Position numbers and translations under genes: made by a program. DNA of 64,000 nucleotides from Candidatus Entotheonellaceae bacterium (lineage in GTDB: Bacteria; Tectomicrobia; Entotheonellia; Entotheonellales; Entotheonellaceae), in assembly GCA_965238075.1 (NCBI GenBank), contig OZ250173.1, positions 3,264,001 through 3,328,000 of the forward strand, written 5' to 3'. The notes under the pieces are model-generated. The model saw only the letters and a list, made by a program, of their open reading frames with translations, was not told the DNA's origin and did not search any database. Shown here in pieces: positions 58,776 to 64,000 of this stretch (its first letter is position 1; each line of letters starts with the position of its first letter).

Positions 58776-59847
58776 CGTGCAAATGCTGCCGGCTGAGTTC
58801 CACAACGAGATTGGGCGTTGTTTGCAGTGCAAGCCGGTGATAGACGTAGCCCGGTAGCACGATTTCCAAATCGTATGCCGCCTCACTGTTGTCCAGCCGC
58901 AGATGAAGGGTGTAGGTCTCCGCCTGCATGTCGGTATGGACGATGGAGCCGCTTAGCAGGTTCTGGCGCTCGCGGGCGGCGAAACGATCCGGACGTACAA
59001 TCAGAATCTGAGTGGGACGAATACAAACGTGCACGGGTGTTCCTGCCGCCAGGGGTTGCGCGTCCGTTGCCAGCAGATGATCGCGCCACTTCAGCCACAT
59101 CGTTTTCTCGTCGACGCGCTCCACGACCGCCGGCAGGATGTTGCCCGTTTGCACAAACTCCGCCACCCGCCGGCTCGTCGGACGGAAGAACACCTCATCC
59201 CGCGTCCCCTGCTGAATCACCCTGCCGTTGTCGTACACGATGACCCGCTGTCCGAGCGCAAAGACATCGGACAGGTCGTGCGTCACGATCAGCATCGAGA
59301 TGTTCCACAGCTTTTGCACCTGCGCCAGCTCCTGGCGCAAGGCGCCCCGCAGGGCGGCATCAAGCGCCGCAAACGGCTCATCCAGAAGTAGCAAGCCCGG
59401 TTGCACGGCCAGCGCACGCGCGAGCGCGACCCGTTGCTGCTGACCGCCGGAGAGCTGGCGTGGCCGGCGCTCGGCCAGCGCCTGCAGGTCGAAATTACGG
59501 AGCAACTGCGCAACCCGCTGCCGACGCGTCTCGCGCGGCAGCCGATCCAGCCCGAAGCCGATGTTGTCGGCAACGCTCAGATGCGGGAACAGCGCGTAGT
59601 GCTGAGGCACGTATCCAACACGGCGCTTTTGGGCGGGGAGATTAAGGCCGCTGGAGCTGTCGAAGATGGGATGGCCGTCGAGCGAGATGCGTCCCTCGTC
59701 GGGCTCTATCGTCCCGGCAATGGTTTGGAGCGTCAGGCTTTTGCCCGATCCTGAGGGGCCGAACAGCGTGATCAGTCCACCCGGCGCCGCGAAGGCCGCG
59801 TCGAGTTGAAATTCCCCTAGCCTTTTGCGCAGGGCCACCTCAAGCAT
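58762..59847 (-). CDS. modC: Molybdate-type ABC ATP-binding protein
   Basis: GPSGSGKS, LSGGQQQR, LLDEPF; downstream of modAB. Confidence 0.82.
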   Translation of the reverse strand: MLEVALRKRLGEFQLDAAFAAPGGLITLFGPSGSGKSLTLQTIAGTIEPDEGRISLDGHPIFDSSSGLNLPAQKRRVGYVPQHYALFPHLSVADNIGFGLDRLPRETRRQRVAQLLRNFDLQALAERRPRQLSGGQQQRVALARALAVQPGLLLLDEPFAALDAALRGALRQELAQVQKLWNISMLIVTHDLSDVFALGQRVIVYDNGRVIQQGTRDEVFFRPTSRRVAEFVQTGNILPAVVERVDEKTMWLKWRDHLLATDAQPLAAGTPVHVCIRPTQILIVRPDRFAARERQNLLSGSIVHTDMQAETYTLHLRLDNSEAAYDLEIVLPGYVYHRLALQTTPNLVVELSRQHLHVIPG

Positions 59848-60673
59848 AGGTTCCGTAACTCCTGCGCCGGGCAAAGAACCGGGTGGCGAAGAGGCCGCCG
59901 AACGGCACGATTATCAACAGGGTGGCGAGTACCAGGGCGGTAGTCAGATCCGATTCCATGGCAATGTAGATAGCCAGTGGCATGGTCTGGGTGCGACCGG
60001 TGAGATTGCCGGCGAACATGATCGTGGCGCCGAACTCGCCCAAGGCGCGCGCCCACGCCATGACGGCGCCGCTCAGCAAGGCCGGGAACGCCAGGGGCAC
60101 GGTGACGCGAAGGAACGTCCGGGTGGCGGAGTATCCAAGGGTATAGGCGACGCGCTCCAGTTCCGGATCAACGCCGCGAAACCCGGCTTGGGCGGAGCGG
60201 ACGTACAACGGCATGCTGACAAAGCTTTGCGCCAGAACGACCGCCGCCATGGTGAACACAACCTGTATGCCCATCGCGTTCAGCCACGGTCCCAAGAGTC
60301 CTCGGCGTCCAAACGTCATCAGCAGGGCCACCCCGGCCACGGTGGGCGGCAGCACCATCGGCAGGTCCAGCAGGGTGTCGAACAGCGTGGTCCCGGGGCC
60401 GCGGCGTCGCGCCAGAACGTAGGCCAGCGGGGTGCCGAAGGCGACCGTCAGCACCAGACTGCTCAGTGAGGTGATCAGGCTGGTCCGCAAGGCTTGCGTG
60501 ACGAACGGCTCTTGCAGGGTATGCCACAGATGACTTTGCGGCAGGACTTTGAGAAAAATTGCCAGCAGGGGGAGGATCAGAAAAGTGACCGCGACCAAGG
60601 CCGGTACGCGCCATAGGATGCTTCGCTCGGCAAGAGGCCAGAAACGGGAATGTCGGCGCCCATGATTTGGCAT
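59840..60673 (-). CDS. modB: Molybdate ABC permease
   Basis: DLPMVLPPTVAG, WARALGEFGATIMFAGN. Confidence 0.9.
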   Translation of the reverse strand: MPNHGRRHSRFWPLAERSILWRVPALVAVTFLILPLLAIFLKVLPQSHLWHTLQEPFVTQALRTSLITSLSSLVLTVAFGTPLAYVLARRRGPGTTLFDTLLDLPMVLPPTVAGVALLMTFGRRGLLGPWLNAMGIQVVFTMAAVVLAQSFVSMPLYVRSAQAGFRGVDPELERVAYTLGYSATRTFLRVTVPLAFPALLSGAVMAWARALGEFGATIMFAGNLTGRTQTMPLAIYIAMESDLTTALVLATLLIIVPFGGLFATRFFARRRSYGTYA

Positions 60674-60682
60674 GAGAAAAAC

Positions 60683-61489
60683 TTATTCGGTGACTGGAAT
60701 GAAGCCGTGAGCTTTCAAAATGGCCTGCCCTGCCGGCGAGAGTACGAAACGGATGAAGGCCGCCGCTCCCGAGGGATTGCGCGCTGCCCGCGTTGCCGCG
60801 ATGGGATAGTTGGCGAGGCGATTGTATGCGCCCGGAATGGGTACGGTGCTGATGTCTTGTAGGGTTTTTTCGGACACGTCCGAAGCGTACACGATGCCGG
60901 CATCCGCCTCGCCGAGCTGAACTTTGACCAGCACCTGTTTGACACTCGTTTCTTCCGAGACCAGATTGCTCAGCACCCGTGCCGTAAAGTCTGTTCCATA
61001 ATCCGCCTGCGTGGATTCCAAAGCCTCCCGGCTATAGCGTCCGACGGGCACCTGCGGACCCGCGAGGGTCAATTTCAGGCCCGGCTTCGCAAGGTCTGCA
61101 AAGGAAGTTGCCTGACTTGGGTTGTCGCGGGGCACGATGATCAGCAAGGTGTTGCGAACGAAAACCTGCGGCGACCCGTCTATCAGCCCGCGGTCCAGGG
61201 CGCGTTGCATTTGTGCGTCGTCCGCGGAGGCGAAAACATCCGCCGCTGCACCCTGTTCGAGTTGGGTGCGCAATGCCTGCGAGCCCGCAAAGTTGTGCAT
61301 GATGCGCAACCGGGGATGAGCATCCCGAATGCCGCGGGCCATGTCCGTGAAGGCAGCCGTCAGGGAAGCGGCCGCCATGACGACCACCTCGCCGCTGGGC
61401 TGAGATGCGGTGGCGCCGGCATGGCTGACCAGCCCGATCCACAAGATCATACCTGCCAGCGCGGTTGCCGCCCTGCCCCGCCCCGTCAT
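60683..61489 (-). CDS. modA: Molybdate ABC substrate-binding protein
   Basis: AAASL, FAGSQAL, ADVFASA, VPVGRY, GEADAGIVYASD. Confidence 0.92.
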   Translation of the reverse strand: MTGRGRAATALAGMILWIGLVSHAGATASQPSGEVVVMAAASLTAAFTDMARGIRDAHPRLRIMHNFAGSQALRTQLEQGAAADVFASADDAQMQRALDRGLIDGSPQVFVRNTLLIIVPRDNPSQATSFADLAKPGLKLTLAGPQVPVGRYSREALESTQADYGTDFTARVLSNLVSEETSVKQVLVKVQLGEADAGIVYASDVSEKTLQDISTVPIPGAYNRLANYPIAATRAARNPSGAAAFIRFVLSPAGQAILKAHGFIPVTE

Positions 61490-61508
61490 CGCTCCGTAAC
61501 TCGCCGGA

Positions 61509-62645
61509 TTACCATCCCAGTGCATCGGCGAGACGGCGATGGTGGTAGCGGGCGTCCCCGAGAAAATGATACAGGGTGCGCGAACGCTGCGTGTGCAGGG
61601 TCAGGCCGTACTCGCGCATCACGCCCACGCCGGCGTGTACCTCGTGCCCACCGGCGCAGACCTTGAGATATGCCTCGCTTGTTACCGCCTTGGCCAGGTG
61701 AACGCTGGACCGGGAATCGCGTCCGGAATCGAGCTTCCAGAGGGCCTCGCAGGTCGTCCAACGCGCGGCATCCAGGCGGTTGACGGCGCCGATGATGTGG
61801 TCCTGGACGCGCTGAAACCGACCGATTGGCTGCGAAAACTGATGTCGGGTGCGGCTGTAGGCCACGGACATGTCCACAACGGCTTGGCAGGAACCCACCT
61901 GATAGGCGCAGAGGATGGGGATTGCCCCCATCGACGCCGCTTCGAGGATGTCCCACCCATTCCCTGGCGTATCGCCCAGAACGTTTGCGGCCGGCACCCG
62001 TACGTTGTCGAAACGGATCTCGTCCACCTGCGACATCCAGCCCGGCAGCGTTCGGATCGCTACGCCGGGGCTGTCGGCTTCCACCACGAAAAAGGTAATG
62101 CCGCTCCCTGAGCCGTTGTCGGGCGTCGCCGTGCGGGCGGCGCACAGCAGGTGCGTTGCCGCCTGGGCGTCGTGCACGAAGAGTTTGGTGCCGTTGAGGA
62201 TGTAATGGTCCCCCTGCCGGCTGGCCGGCAGCTGCACCGTGTCGGGAATCCAGCCGTACTGGGGTTCGGTAACGGCGACGCTCAGCACCGTCGTTCCTTG
62301 CGCGACGCCGGGCAACAATTCCTGTTTCTGGGCTTCCGTGCCGCCTAGCAGGACGATAAGGGTGCCAAGGACGCTTGACGAAAAATGAGGGCCCAGCACA
62401 GGGCCGCGTCCCAGCTCTTCGAATAAGACAGCGGTATCGGTGAGGGAACGGTCGGTGCCGCCGAAGGATTCGGGGATCAAAATGCCCAGCCAGCCAAGAT
62501 CGGCCGCTTGGCGGAAGAGTTCGGGGGTGATACCCGTGGGGGTGTTTTCCAAGGCGATCAGCGTGTCTTTGTCATATTCCTGCCGCACGAAATCAGCGAC
62601 TGCCGTCTTGAGTATCTCTTGGGCTTCCGTCAATCCCAGGTCCAT
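61509..62645 (-). CDS. Acyl-CoA dehydrogenase (FadE27-like partner subunit)
   Basis: LNGTKLFV, RHQFSQPIGRFQRVQ, HAGVGVMREY. Confidence 0.88.
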   Translation of the reverse strand: MDLGLTEAQEILKTAVADFVRQEYDKDTLIALENTPTGITPELFRQAADLGWLGILIPESFGGTDRSLTDTAVLFEELGRGPVLGPHFSSSVLGTLIVLLGGTEAQKQELLPGVAQGTTVLSVAVTEPQYGWIPDTVQLPASRQGDHYILNGTKLFVHDAQAATHLLCAARTATPDNGSGSGITFFVVEADSPGVAIRTLPGWMSQVDEIRFDNVRVPAANVLGDTPGNGWDILEAASMGAIPILCAYQVGSCQAVVDMSVAYSRTRHQFSQPIGRFQRVQDHIIGAVNRLDAARWTTCEALWKLDSGRDSRSSVHLAKAVTSEAYLKVCAGGHEVHAGVGVMREYGLTLHTQRSRTLYHFLGDARYHHRRLADALGW

Positions 62646-62685
62646 GCCCGCCCGTTCCTTTCTTTAACCCCGAGTTCCGGCCCGT

Positions 62686-63918
62686 TCAGCGCAACCGGCC
62701 GGCCTGCTCCTTCGCGCTGCGTCCGATGCCGATACGTCGTGACATGACCACTTTCTGAATATCCGTCGTGCCCCCCGGATGCAGGCCGACCACGGCAGCG
62801 CGCTGATAGTGCTCCAGCAAACCCTGCAGCGGACCCCACTGCGGATCGTTCGTCATCGCGTAGGGGCCGAGGGCGCGCAGCATCGTTTCCGCCATCTCAA
62901 GCGCCGTGACCTTGCGGTAATAGGAGCCCTGCGGGCCTTCGTAGGACCTGGGCTTGTGGGCATGGCTGAGCCAATAGGTGCGCAGACCGAAGAGGCGGTT
63001 GATCTCGCTCTTGATGTATACCTCGACCATGTCTTCGCGGACGTCCGCATTCTGACTGAGGGTGGCGCCGTTGTGTTTACTGGTGGTGCAATACTCAAGA
63101 AACTGGTCCACGATGCGGTTGCGACGAACGATACCGCCGCCGCCGTGTTCCAGCTCCAGATGCGTCGTCGCCACTTGCCAGCCGTTGTTCTCGCCGCCGA
63201 CCAGATTGAAGGCCGGCACCCGCACGTTGTCGAAAAATATGGTGTGCTTGAGCCCGGGGGAAGCGCCGCCCTCGCCGCCGGCGGTAAGCAATTCCATGGG
63301 GCGCACCTCGATGCCGGGCAGTTCATAGGGGATCATCAGCCATCCGAGGTTGTGGTGCCTCGGTGCCTCGGGGTCCGTGACTACGATCGTCCACATCATC
63401 TCGCAGCCGTACAGACTGCCGATGTAGATCTTCTGTCCGTTGACCACGTACGAATCGCCGTCGCGCACAGCCCGCGTCTGCACGCCTGCCAGGTCGGAGC
63501 CGGCGTTCGGCTCGCTGAGCAATTGCCAGGTGCGCCACGCGCCGCGAAAAATGGGCGGCAGAAAGTGCTGTTTTTGCTCCTCCGTGCCCCACACGAAGAT
63601 GCTGGCGCCTCCCAGGCGGCCGCCGGAGTCGTAATAGGGAGGCAGGTGCAGGCCGTAGCGATCCAGTTCCTCTTCCAGGATCATGACGAAATCGACCGAC
63701 AGGTCGCCGCCGCCGTATGCCTGCGGATAGGTGGGATACAGCCAGCCCTTGGCGCCCAGACGGCGGCCAAGTTCGCGCAGCTTGTGATATTGCTCGAGGG
63801 TGAGGTCCGCCGGATCGACCGGTTGCGTCAAGTCCGCCGGGATATTCTCGCTCAGCCAGCCACGCGCCTCGGCACGGAAAGCCTCCTGCTCGGGCGTATA
63901 CGTCACTTCGAAGTCCAT
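62686..63918 (-). CDS. Acyl-CoA dehydrogenase (FadE26-like)
   Basis: SEPNAGSDLA, VNGQKIY, GGENNGW, GGTTDIQK. Confidence 0.9.
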   Translation of the reverse strand: MDFEVTYTPEQEAFRAEARGWLSENIPADLTQPVDPADLTLEQYHKLRELGRRLGAKGWLYPTYPQAYGGGDLSVDFVMILEEELDRYGLHLPPYYDSGGRLGGASIFVWGTEEQKQHFLPPIFRGAWRTWQLLSEPNAGSDLAGVQTRAVRDGDSYVVNGQKIYIGSLYGCEMMWTIVVTDPEAPRHHNLGWLMIPYELPGIEVRPMELLTAGGEGGASPGLKHTIFFDNVRVPAFNLVGGENNGWQVATTHLELEHGGGGIVRRNRIVDQFLEYCTTSKHNGATLSQNADVREDMVEVYIKSEINRLFGLRTYWLSHAHKPRSYEGPQGSYYRKVTALEMAETMLRALGPYAMTNDPQWGPLQGLLEHYQRAAVVGLHPGGTTDIQKVVMSRRIGIGRSAKEQAGRLR

Positions 63919-64000
63919 TTCATGTCTCCACGGGATCTTTGGGCCACACCGATGGCGGGCGTCATCATAGCAGGGTTGGCGAAGGGTAATCCAGCGAGGG

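Overview
GC-rich bacterial chromosomal window, mostly metabolic and transport genes: lutABC, an hpaB/extradiol dioxygenase/CMD aromatic catabolism run, tRNA-Thr(CGT), HtrA, a TPS-TPP fusion, acyl-CoA enzymes, LLM oxidoreductases, TRAP, sugar ABC and Mod ABC transporters, and an EndoQ-UvrD fusion. A ~13 kb accessory island (about 24085-37390) lies between the convergent TRAP genes dctP and dctQM. The most notable signal is six directly repeated 28-29 bp dif/Xer-like sites (minus-strand consensus ACTTCnGATAA-N6/7-WTRTGTMRHCY). They form two arrays, each led by the same ~450 bp leader (small TM/coiled-coil ORF plus a structured non-coding stretch), and they delimit single-gene, AT-richer cassettes (two HEPN/DUF5677-like genes, an FRG-TPR gene, unknowns) whose stop codons lie inside the downstream site. 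This looks like an integron-like cassette system that may use host XerC/D rather than IntI (inference). The island also carries IS630, IS6 and ISKra4 remnants, a tyrosine recombinase fragment, and halogenase, CoA ligase and O-methyltransferase genes. All family calls come from motif recognition by eye; no searches were run.
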